Below, piece after piece: positions 50,985-59,981 of a DNA stretch of 64,000 nucleotides; the stretch's first letter is position 1; each line of letters opens with the position of its first letter. A program made the translations under genes and the position numbers. This DNA comes from Nostoc sp. Its GTDB lineage: Bacteria; Cyanobacteriota; Cyanobacteriia; Cyanobacteriales; Nostocaceae. Where the stretch lies: assembly GCA_036918135.1 (NCBI GenBank), contig JBALDB010000031.1, positions 32,001-96,000 on the forward strand, given 5' to 3'. Below the pieces are notes generated by a model. The model was not told the DNA's origin and did no database searches. It worked only from the letters and a program-made list of their open reading frames with translations.

Positions 50985-51516
50985 ATTTTTCTTATCTTTC
51001 TCAGGGTAATCACATTATTGTATACATAGTGGCATAAGAAATGTCAGCCAACACCCGCGCGTCTACGCTTTGGCAGATAAAACAAAAAACACGTTGACTA
51101 AAATAAATTATTTTAAAAGTAGTAGTATTTTATACTTATAAATTATTATTTGCTCTGAGATTTGTAAATTTATTTATCTGCAAGTATGAGTTAATTTATA
51201 CTAAATATAATAAAATACGCAAAACTTAATTAAATAATTCTTTTAGAATCACACCACTTAGGAGAATGGGGCGATCGCTTACTAGAGTACTACATTCACT
51301 GCAACTTAGTGGCTGCAAAATCTCAAATAGTATTATTCTTTCTTTAAGAGAAAATTGGCTGAGGAAAATCATAACTTTACTTTTATTTATAAAAACTTCT
51401 TCAATAATTAAGTTGTTTTGACTTTAGTTACTTTTATGATCTAAAAGGCTTAAAAGTTTTGCCATCAACTAAAATTGTATTTTGTTTGGATATAAATTTA
51501 TAACTTCTAAAATATT

Positions 51517-52023
51517 ATGGTAAATACTAATCTTAACGAAAACACACAAAGTAATGGTCAATCTAGCGAAAATGGGGAAAATAATAGTCAACTTAGTAAG
51601 CCAAGTAGTGAATTTAAAAGAAAAGTTCAGAAACTAAATACTAAAGGAGAAGGATTCAATATTGATGACGTTATTGATACTATTAAAACAGCAATAGTTG
51701 AAGTTGTAGAGTTAGAAATTACCACTTGGGTTCCAGAGTCTTCTAATCAGCTTGAAGAAATAAAAGGTCAACAAATTGCTCAACCAGGTAATCGAATGTA
51801 TACCGTAATTAATTTAATTGATGGTGATATAAATAATGAGGTTGGTAGTCAATTTATTGGTAGTGGCGCATATACAGAACTTCGTGAGTTTCATCTAACT
51901 CAAATAAAAGAAAGTCGAGAAATTATGCAAAAGAATATAGAAAGTTTGCATAAATTATATGAATTTTTTGTAGAAATTATTAAATCTCGTAAAACTTCAC
52001 AACAATCATTACCACGTATATAG
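51517..52023 (+). CDS. Hypothetical protein (DGDI-H module), gene 1 of a three-gene operon
   Basis: 168-aa ORF: ELEITTWV...YTVINLIDGDI...REFH. Confidence 0.8.
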   Translation: MVNTNLNENTQSNGQSSENGENNSQLSKPSSEFKRKVQKLNTKGEGFNIDDVIDTIKTAIVEVVELEITTWVPESSNQLEEIKGQQIAQPGNRMYTVINLIDGDINNEVGSQFIGSGAYTELREFHLTQIKESREIMQKNIESLHKLYEFFVEIIKSRKTSQQSLPRI

Positions 52024-52125
52024 TAACTGTTATTTATTAATAGTTACACTAAAATGCTTACAACATAGGAACCTATCCAAACCTGTAAATTAACTTGCTT
52101 TAGATAAATCAAGTAAATTATTACT

Positions 52126-52974
52126 ATGTCTAACAATATTCAAAAAAAAGCCAGAGATTTGCTAGATAAACTAGTCTCATCTGTATATGTATTAGTCGAT
52201 GATATTACAGCTTTAGAAGTAAATACGATGGTTGTTGAGCAAATTACTGGGGCAAAGTTTAATGCTTGGCAAGCATATCAAGAGATTTATTCAATAAATG
52301 ATAAAGACTACTTTGATATCAAAGGAATTCCAAATCCGGAAAGTTCAAAATTATCAGAACTAGAAAGAACTCAAGCTCAAGAGCTACGCAAGCGTTATAG
52401 AAGTCTATTTTTACAACTTGAAAGAGAATATTTTTACATTCTCCTCGAACAAAGTACTGAAAGTAGTGAGCCAGACCCCAGAATAGTACAATATCAGGAT
52501 CGTCTTAAATATGAGGTTGAACATAAAGGAAAAATAATTGAAACTGATGATGCTTATATAAAACTAGCTCGACCAATATTACCTGCTCCAACTCCTGTTC
52601 CAGATATAGAAGATAGTAATAACCAAAAAAATTTGCGACAAAGATGGCAAGAAATTGAAGACCTTTTAAATAATAATAAATTTATTCGTACCCTGCGGAA
52701 AATGTCTGAACTTAAAGCTGCACTTGATGGTGGTCAAATTACGAGTGTAGATATTGATATTATTTATGCTCAAACTGTTATGCAGTTAGATGGAGATATT
52801 ATCAGCCGTTATCATAAAAAACTATTTCAATTACCTGATGGTGATAGAGATTTAATTCTAAAAATACATAATGAAGGGGTAGTTGCTGGAGAAAAACAGT
52901 GGCGGGGAACACTAGATTTTTTAATTGGTATTGTACAAGGTATTGCAAAATTATCCCGAAATGAACGCTTATAA
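52126..52974 (+). CDS. Hypothetical protein (DGDI-H module with a large helical insert), gene 2
   Basis: 282-aa ORF: ALEVNTMV...AQTVMQLDGDI...LKIH. Confidence 0.8.
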   Translation: MSNNIQKKARDLLDKLVSSVYVLVDDITALEVNTMVVEQITGAKFNAWQAYQEIYSINDKDYFDIKGIPNPESSKLSELERTQAQELRKRYRSLFLQLEREYFYILLEQSTESSEPDPRIVQYQDRLKYEVEHKGKIIETDDAYIKLARPILPAPTPVPDIEDSNNQKNLRQRWQEIEDLLNNNKFIRTLRKMSELKAALDGGQITSVDIDIIYAQTVMQLDGDIISRYHKKLFQLPDGDRDLILKIHNEGVVAGEKQWRGTLDFLIGIVQGIAKLSRNERL

Positions 52975-53917
52975 AATATACAAAGATAATCAAGATAATG
53001 TTCAATTATCCTTCTTTGTACAAATCCCTCAAAGCACTCCTATTGAGCTTGAAATTAAGGTTGAGTCAGGACACTACACTTTTTATTTGAATAAAGCACT
53101 TTTAAAAAAAATTGAACAAGCACCAAAAATAGGCTCCTCTCTATACATTCCACCAAAATTACTAGCTTATCTTTGGTACTACAACTGCTTTAGTAATAAA
53201 ATTGTTTTTAGTAATAACACTGAGCAATCTAAAGAATTAATTAACACCCAAAAAAGCATTCAAATTTTTAACAATAGTTTTATAGTAAATTTTCTTCAAT
53301 TACTATGGATTAAATCATTAAAAAATAAATCAACGTTACAAAATGGACTTACTTTTAATCTTTCTTATAGAGAAGATACATCAGTTTTAGATTTTTGGCA
53401 AGAACAAGATATTGTTTTACAAAGTAATGTTTGCTTTTCTGGTGAGATAATTCACAAAATTAGAAATGATTTTATTCAAAATCCTGAGTGTTTAAATATT
53501 GTTTATATACATTATTGGCTTATTGAACAAATATTGAGTTATCTTAAAACTAAATTAAATCTATTAGCTTGGGAATTATCTTTACTATTTCCTGCGAGTT
53601 TTTTAGCTTGGAAATTACCTTTATTACAATCACTTCCAGCTGTATTATCAATATTTGCTGGTTTAGGAATATATTTTATATTTGCTATTATTCGCTATTG
53701 GCTTGTTAATCAACTTCCAAGATGGACTTCTATCAACTCTCAATATCGAAATTGGCTGACCTGGGGATTGACTTGTCTGACTTCTAGTATTTTTATTAAT
53801 CGCACTGATTTCTTGTTTTTACTGTTTTTGTCACTACTTGGGCCCCTATTCCAATGGGTTTTTAGTTTTATATTAGGGCAAGTTGGTAAAGGTTTTATGC
53901 GTTGGTTACTAGCTTGA
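52961..53917 (+). CDS. Hypothetical membrane protein with a diverged DGDI-H module and ~4 C-terminal TM helices, gene 3
   Basis: ATG 52961 overlaps the gene 2 stop. GLTFNLSY...QSNVCFSGEI...VYIH followed by hydrophobic segments. Confidence 0.75.
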   Translation: MNAYKIYKDNQDNVQLSFFVQIPQSTPIELEIKVESGHYTFYLNKALLKKIEQAPKIGSSLYIPPKLLAYLWYYNCFSNKIVFSNNTEQSKELINTQKSIQIFNNSFIVNFLQLLWIKSLKNKSTLQNGLTFNLSYREDTSVLDFWQEQDIVLQSNVCFSGEIIHKIRNDFIQNPECLNIVYIHYWLIEQILSYLKTKLNLLAWELSLLFPASFLAWKLPLLQSLPAVLSIFAGLGIYFIFAIIRYWLVNQLPRWTSINSQYRNWLTWGLTCLTSSIFINRTDFLFLLFLSLLGPLFQWVFSFILGQVGKGFMRWLLA

Positions 53918-54253
53918 TAATTGGGCATGGAGTACTGATAAACAGATTTTTCTGTGAAACGCTGTTTTTGAAAAAGACCAGAGGTATAAGCTCTTAATAT
54001 TAAGATTTGCTGTATTACCGTTAGTGTTAATCTTTTTCTTACAAATATTAACTTTTATACTTATTTTTATTTGATGTTATTTAAATTACACTAAATTTAA
54101 TCAAAAAGATTATCGTTTTATTATATAGATAGAATTATTTTTCTGATTTTATTTATAAATATTGACATTAGATATTTTATTGATTATTATTTTCGATGTC
54201 CTGATTTGATTTACCCGACTGGGAAATTTCTGTAAGGTAATCTAACAATAATT

Positions 54254-55297
54254 GTGCAATCAAACATGAAACTACGCTGGTTTTTACTTAGCCTCGTGAG
54301 TATTATTCTGTTTTCCTCACCAGTAAAAGCAAATTCTAATAGTAATAAACTTAACTCTTCTAATAGCTGGAATCTAAATCAATCAAATCTACAATTACCA
54401 CCACTGAAATTTATTCCTCCAGTTCCCAGTAATATTGTTAACCCAACGAATTTTCCTAATTATACTGGTGTAGTTCCTTTAGGACGCGAGATATCAGAAC
54501 TAAAAATCCCAATTAATAAATTAATTACTCGCTACAAATTTCTGACTCCTGGTATCTTTTTTATGGATTTGGAAACAGGAGATTATATAAGTATTAACGG
54601 AAATAAAGCTTTCCCAGCCGCTAGTACAATTAAGTACCCAATTTTGATTGCTTTATTTCAGGAAGTAGATGCAGGAAGAATCAAACTCAATGAAACTTTA
54701 GTAATGCAGCATAAATATGTTGTTGGTGGTTCTGGAAATATGCAGTATAAGCGTGTAGGAAGCAAGTTTAGTGTTTTGAAAACTGCAACCATGATGATGA
54801 CTATTAGTGATAATACTGCAACAAATATGATTATTGCTCGTTTGGGCGGAATTGCTAAATTAAATCAACGGTTTCGCAGTTGGGGATTACAAAGTACTGC
54901 TCTTCGTCGGATGTTAGGTGACTTCAATGGAACCAATAAAACTAGTGCAAAAGATTTAGTCAGACTTTCAGCTTTAATGGTAAATAATCAGCTACTTTCC
55001 GCTCAAAGTAAGTCTCAAGTCATAGGTATTATGTATGGTTGTCATAATCGAAGATTACTACCATCTGGTTTAGGTTATGGTGCAAAGATAGCTCACAAAA
55101 CAGGAACTTTGCGTTTTGTATTAGGTGACGCAGGTATTATTGAAACACCTTCAGGTAAGCGTTACTATGCAGGAATTTTTGTGAGAAGACCAAATAATGA
55201 CGATAGAGCAAGAGATTTTATTCGTCAAGTTTCTCAAGTAGTGTACGGGTACTTTGAACAACCGAAAGTCAGCCGTACACCATACGAGCATTTTTGA
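54254..55297 (+). CDS. Class A beta-lactamase-like penicillin-binding protein (PBP-A-like) without AMIN domain
   Basis: Signal peptide; FPAASTIK, SDN and HKTG motifs. Clearly paralogous to 35851-37248. Confidence 0.88.
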   Translation: MQSNMKLRWFLLSLVSIILFSSPVKANSNSNKLNSSNSWNLNQSNLQLPPLKFIPPVPSNIVNPTNFPNYTGVVPLGREISELKIPINKLITRYKFLTPGIFFMDLETGDYISINGNKAFPAASTIKYPILIALFQEVDAGRIKLNETLVMQHKYVVGGSGNMQYKRVGSKFSVLKTATMMMTISDNTATNMIIARLGGIAKLNQRFRSWGLQSTALRRMLGDFNGTNKTSAKDLVRLSALMVNNQLLSAQSKSQVIGIMYGCHNRRLLPSGLGYGAKIAHKTGTLRFVLGDAGIIETPSGKRYYAGIFVRRPNNDDRARDFIRQVSQVVYGYFEQPKVSRTPYEHF

Positions 55298-55312
55298 TAA
55301 TATTTTCAATAC

Positions 55313-55945
55313 TTATACACCTTGTTCAAATTCGTCAATAGCTTGAATTTCAGATGAAATCTGGGTGCATTGTTCTAATAAAGCAATATTTAATTCTGGC
55401 AATAATTCACTTGATGTAATCTGTTCGTAACCGTAAGTATCTAAGAACTCAGACGGTATTTCTTCACGTAAATGATAAAGTCTGAGTCGATTAGTTTGCC
55501 AAATCCAAATTTCAGCAACTCCCAAACGACGATAAATTTCTAATTTGTCAATGTTCCCACTGGTGATGTTTACTTCTACAGCTAAGTCTGGAATATTTTT
55601 CTTTTCATAAATCGAGTAGCATTCATCTGGTTCAACTCCAGCTTGCTTAAGTTGTTTTTTAATTGTAGAACTCCCCATTGGGCTGAATCGAATTCGCTTT
55701 AAGTAAAAATAGCGTTCTATCAAAATAGCTAAACGTTTTTTGATATTTTCATGTCTGATAGACGGTGACACAATTTCTAAGATTTCATCTAAATAGGTGA
55801 CACGGTAATGAGAGTTATCTTCTAGTTTGGCTAGTAACGCTTCATATATTTGCCAGCTTACTCCACTAGTGACAAATTTTTCCTCTGGGTCGTCAATATC
55901 TACAAGTTCTGAGTCGTCTAAGAGTTCTTTGAGGCTGGTGACCAT
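55313..55945 (-). CDS. Uma2-family (DUF820) endonuclease-like protein
   Basis: VSWQIYE, LEIVSP, EPDECY, PDLAVEV and KLEIYRRLGVAEIW motifs. Confidence 0.9.
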   Translation of the reverse strand: MVTSLKELLDDSELVDIDDPEEKFVTSGVSWQIYEALLAKLEDNSHYRVTYLDEILEIVSPSIRHENIKKRLAILIERYFYLKRIRFSPMGSSTIKKQLKQAGVEPDECYSIYEKKNIPDLAVEVNITSGNIDKLEIYRRLGVAEIWIWQTNRLRLYHLREEIPSEFLDTYGYEQITSSELLPELNIALLEQCTQISSEIQAIDEFEQGV

Positions 55946-56014
55946 TGTTTTCTCTTCCTTAGTACAACAAGGTAAAACTAAAAGTAAAGTTCAACTCCTT
56001 GATTGATTTCTTTG

Positions 56015-56731
56015 CTAAACAGACTCTATTGAAGAAGCACCAAAACGATAACCTTTACCGTAAACTGTGTGAATCAGCGTAATTTCTTTACCTACTTCAA
56101 TCTTACGCCGCAGCAAGCGAATTAATGCCGCTATGGCGTTGCTACTGGGTTGTTCTTCCTCTATCCACAAAGTTTGCATAATCTGGGCGTGAGTCAGCAG
56201 TTGTCCAGTATGTTCCATAAAGTATTGCAACAGCTGGCTTTCTTTTTGCGAAAGTTCAATTATCCGTCCTTGGCGATAGGCTACTTGATTTTCACAATCA
56301 AGTTCTAAATCAGCTACACTCAGGCGTCCAATGCTACTTTCATAGGTTTGGGAACCGGAACGACGCAACAAAGCCCTGACTCTGGCTAGTAACTCTCGCA
56401 GTTCAAAAGGTTTCACCAAATAATCGTCTGCACCAGCATCTAAACCTTCTACGCGGTCATCTAAGGTATCTTTAGCCGTGAGAAATAGTACAGGAGTAGT
56501 TTTACCTTGGCGTCGCAATTCCTGACAAATTTCTAACCCTGTTTTTCCTGGTAGCATCCAATCTAAAATCAGTAGGTCGTAACTACCTACTCGTGCCCGA
56601 TCGCTACCGCTTGTACCATCATAAGCGGCATCTACATTATAACCCTCGCGAGTTAACAAGCGACTCAAGGGTTGAGTTAGTTCAACTTGATCGTCAACTA
56701 ATAAAATTCTCGTGCTGCTTGTGGTAAGCAT
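56015..56731 (-). CDS. OmpR-family response regulator (RppA-like)
   Basis: REC motifs LDWMLP, LTAKD and KPF, plus a winged helix ending [11 protein letters not shown]. Confidence 0.92.
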   Translation of the reverse strand: MLTTSSTRILLVDDQVELTQPLSRLLTREGYNVDAAYDGTSGSDRARVGSYDLLILDWMLPGKTGLEICQELRRQGKTTPVLFLTAKDTLDDRVEGLDAGADDYLVKPFELRELLARVRALLRRSGSQTYESSIGRLSVADLELDCENQVAYRQGRIIELSQKESQLLQYFMEHTGQLLTHAQIMQTLWIEEEQPSSNAIAALIRLLRRKIEVGKEITLIHTVYGKGYRFGASSIESV

Positions 56732-56772
56732 ATAGAGATATTCTCAATATTATTGAACTGCTAAGAAAAAGA

Positions 56773-57417
56773 ATGCTGACTGTTGCATTGCCCAAAGGGG
56801 AACTACTTAAAAATAGCATCCAGTTGCTACAAGCTGTTGGGTTAGATTTTAGTGCTTTTTTAGATTCAGGAAATCGCCAACTTCAAATTCCTGACGCTAA
56901 GGGACTTGCAAAAGGACTATTAGTGCGGGCGCAGGATGTACCTGTTTATGTAGAATATGGTCAGGCACAACTGGGTATTGTTGGTTACGATGTGCTGCGA
57001 GAGAAACAGCCGCAAGTTGCCCACTTGGTGGATTTGCAGTTTGGGCATTGTCGGATGTCCGTGGCGGTAAAAGCGTTGAGTTCTTATCGATTGCCGCTAG
57101 ATTTATCACCGCATGGTAGAGTTGCTTCTAAATATGTCAATTGCGCTCGTGAATATTTCCACAGTCTCGATTTACCTGTGGAAATAGTGCCGTTGTATGG
57201 TTCAGTGGAACTAGGGCCAATTACTGGCATGTCAGAAGCGATCGTGGATTTGGTTTCCACAGGGCGAACTTTGCGCGAAAATGGTTTGATTGAAATTGCT
57301 ACGCTTTATGAAAGCACGGCGCGGTTGATTGCCCATCCTCTGAGTTACCGCCTGAACACAGGTAATTTGAGTGATGTAATTGCCAAGCTGCGGCAAACCG
57401 TTTTGCTAGGGGTTTAA
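56773..57417 (+). CDS. hisG: ATP phosphoribosyltransferase, short form
   Basis: [27 protein letters not shown] and [16 protein letters not shown] in 214 aa. Confidence 0.96.
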   Translation: MLTVALPKGELLKNSIQLLQAVGLDFSAFLDSGNRQLQIPDAKGLAKGLLVRAQDVPVYVEYGQAQLGIVGYDVLREKQPQVAHLVDLQFGHCRMSVAVKALSSYRLPLDLSPHGRVASKYVNCAREYFHSLDLPVEIVPLYGSVELGPITGMSEAIVDLVSTGRTLRENGLIEIATLYESTARLIAHPLSYRLNTGNLSDVIAKLRQTVLLGV

Positions 57418-57649
57418 CAATAGCCCTTTTAAGGTGAGCATACGTACTATCAAGGTATTTACGGCATTTCAAGCATCAGCTGGAATTAAACAAAGAGTTT
57501 ATCTATTAAACTCCAAATTTTGGGATTGTAAATTAAGCAATGCCTGAGCCAAAATACCAAAATTAGATTCAAATATGATTTATTAAAAAGTACAAACGTT
57601 CACCTTAAAAGAGCTAGTTCTAATACAGTTTTTGGGAATTGGTATTAGA

Positions 57650-59617
57650 TCAAAGCTTAATGCCAATTTTTTTGCAAGTTCCTAAAGCTTGACGATACAA
57701 GTTTAAGGATCTGGGATTTTGATTATAGGTAGCGTAGATTGCTCCAATGTTTTTCAAGGTTATGCATTCACTCCCAACGGAGCCGGTTTGTTGGTGAATC
57801 ACTAAAGCTTGTCCAAAAAACTCTATGGCTTTTTTGTATTCACGCTGTTTATAGTAAACTGACCCAATACTATTGAGGGCTATACCTTCTCCTGATTTGT
57901 TGCCGATTTGTTTGTTAATTGCTAAGGCTTGCCCAAAGAACTCTAAAGCTTTGGGATACTGACTCTGGCTGTAGTAAAATGCCCCCATGTTATTGAGGGT
58001 TGTACCTTCTCCTGATTTGTTGCCGATTTGTTTATTAATTGCTAAGGCTTGCTCGATAACCTCTAAGGCTTTAGGGTACTGCTTCTGTCCATAATAAACT
58101 GACCCAATACCGTTGAGAATAGAGGCTTCCTCTGCCTTAATACCGATTTGTTGGTAAATCGCTAACGCTTGTTGGTAAAACTCTAAAGCTTTCGGGTACT
58201 GATGCTGGCCGTTGTAAAATGCCCCCATCCTCGCCAGAGTTGTGCTTTCTCCTGTTTTGCTACCAATTTGTTTATTAATTGTTAACGCTTGCTCAATAAA
58301 CTCTAAAGCTTTCGGGTGCTGACCTTGAATGGAGTAGATAGTCGAAATACTGTTGAGAGTCGAACTTTCCTCCGCTTTGCTGCCGATTTGTTGGTAAATG
58401 GCTAAGGCTTGCTGGTATAACATTAAGGTTTTGGCATACTGACGCTGGCTAGAGTGAACTGACCCAATACCTCTAAGGTTTGCACTTTCCCCTTTCTTAT
58501 CGCCAATTTGTTTAGCAATATTATTTGCTTGCTGGTAAAACTCTAAGGCCATAGCATACTGACTGAGTTTGTTATAAACTGCCCCAATACCATTGATAGC
58601 CTGACCTTCCCCCTTCTTGTTGCCGATTTGTTTGGCAATGCCATTTGCTTGCTGGTAAAACTCTAATGCTTTGGCATACTGATTTTGGCTAGAGTAAAAC
58701 TCTCCAATACCATTAAGGGTTTGAATTTCCTGTTTCTTGTCACCGATTTGCTTAGCAATGCCATTTGCTTGCTCGAAGAACTCTAATGCTTTGGCATACT
58801 GACTCTGGCTAAAGTAAACTTCTCCAATATCATTAAGGGTTTTTATTTGCTCTTTATTGTCGCCGATTTGTTTAGCAATGCCATTTGCTTGCTCGAAGAA
58901 CTCTAATGCTTTGGCATACTGACTCTGGCTAGAGTAAACTTCTCCAATACCATTGAGAGTTTGAACTTCCTCTTTTTTATCGCCGATTTGTTTGGCAATG
59001 CCATTTGCTTGTTGGTACAACTCTAAAGCTTCGGGGTACCGATCGATGTTGTTGTAAACTGAGCCAATGCCTCTGAGTGTTGCACCTTCCCCTTGTTTGT
59101 CGCCGACTTGTTTGGTAATGTCTAAGGCTTGCTGGTAGAACTCTAAGGCTTTGGGGTACTGACCGATATCGTTGTAAACTTCCCCGATGTTACTAAGAGT
59201 CTTTGCTTGGTGGGAGCGATGCTCCTCCGGAGCCACTTCGCTAACGCCAGTTTCTCGATAAAGAACTAAAACCCGTTGAAATGTTTCTAATGCTTCTGTT
59301 AACTGACCTTGATTATACTGCTGTTCGCCTACTTGATACAGACGCAACGCCTCGTCTGTACCTTTTTGGACTGTTTGCGTCTGTGCCGATGCACTTAATA
59401 TTGTTGAATTGGTGACAAAGAATGGTAAGGTCAAAGCTAAAAAAACTAACACACTCGCACTCAGCAAGCTCTGGCGATGAAGTCTGTTTTGGAACAAAAT
59501 GCTGAAAAAATAATCCATAGAAATACTCATTGCCCATTTCAAGCAGAGATATTTTGCTTTCATCTTAGATATCACTCTTTTTTTCTGAAAATTATGCAGA
59601 TGTTGCAACATCAACAA
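57650..59617 (-). CDS. Tetratricopeptide repeat protein (40-aa repeats) with no CHAT domain
   Basis: Repeated QYPKALEFYQQAL..KQIG.K..E..TL..IG.VY units. A hydrophobic signal-like segment near residues 50-78 suggests the true start is downstream of 59617. Confidence 0.9.
   Translation of the reverse strand: MLMLQHLHNFQKKRVISKMKAKYLCLKWAMSISMDYFFSILFQNRLHRQSLLSASVLVFLALTLPFFVTNSTILSASAQTQTVQKGTDEALRLYQVGEQQYNQGQLTEALETFQRVLVLYRETGVSEVAPEEHRSHQAKTLSNIGEVYNDIGQYPKALEFYQQALDITKQVGDKQGEGATLRGIGSVYNNIDRYPEALELYQQANGIAKQIGDKKEEVQTLNGIGEVYSSQSQYAKALEFFEQANGIAKQIGDNKEQIKTLNDIGEVYFSQSQYAKALEFFEQANGIAKQIGDKKQEIQTLNGIGEFYSSQNQYAKALEFYQQANGIAKQIGNKKGEGQAINGIGAVYNKLSQYAMALEFYQQANNIAKQIGDKKGESANLRGIGSVHSSQRQYAKTLMLYQQALAIYQQIGSKAEESSTLNSISTIYSIQGQHPKALEFIEQALTINKQIGSKTGESTTLARMGAFYNGQHQYPKALEFYQQALAIYQQIGIKAEEASILNGIGSVYYGQKQYPKALEVIEQALAINKQIGNKSGEGTTLNNMGAFYYSQSQYPKALEFFGQALAINKQIGNKSGEGIALNSIGSVYYKQREYKKAIEFFGQALVIHQQTGSVGSECITLKNIGAIYATYNQNPRSLNLYRQALGTCKKIGIKL
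57770..59200. repeat. 120-bp coding tandem repeat array
   Basis: Units recur every 120 bp (ccgatttg near 58623, 58743, 58863, 58983); the central units are nearly identical. Confidence 0.9.
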
Positions 59618-59981
59618 GTGTTAATGTGGATAACCCAAACATACTTAGAGGATGTTTCAAAAGTTAGAGCTAGTCAAAAATTATGCAAGCCGTCTGACCA
59701 CGATCGTCAGTGAGTGTTTAAAATAAAGCGTATTTTATCAATCAGTTAAAATACTCAAAATAGTCTTATTGATAATCGTGCATAGAGCAAGGGGAAAGGA
59801 GGTGAGTGTCGCTCGCCTCCTCAAAGACATATTTTGAAATTAAACGTTTATTGGGATTTATCCTCTTTTCCTGCACCCTCTTGACAAATGTGCAATTACC
59901 TTAATCTCTCACGAATAAGTATGCAGTAGCCCTTTATACTGTAAATGTCAAATCTCCGGTGTATTTTCTCAAGTCAAGAGC

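Noticed and set aside
57770..59200. Regular repeat array considered as a CRISPR array or a DGR template/variable pair
   Set aside because: The period is 120 bp, fully in frame within a TPR gene. There are no unique spacers, differences are not adenine-specific, and no cas or reverse transcriptase gene is in the window.
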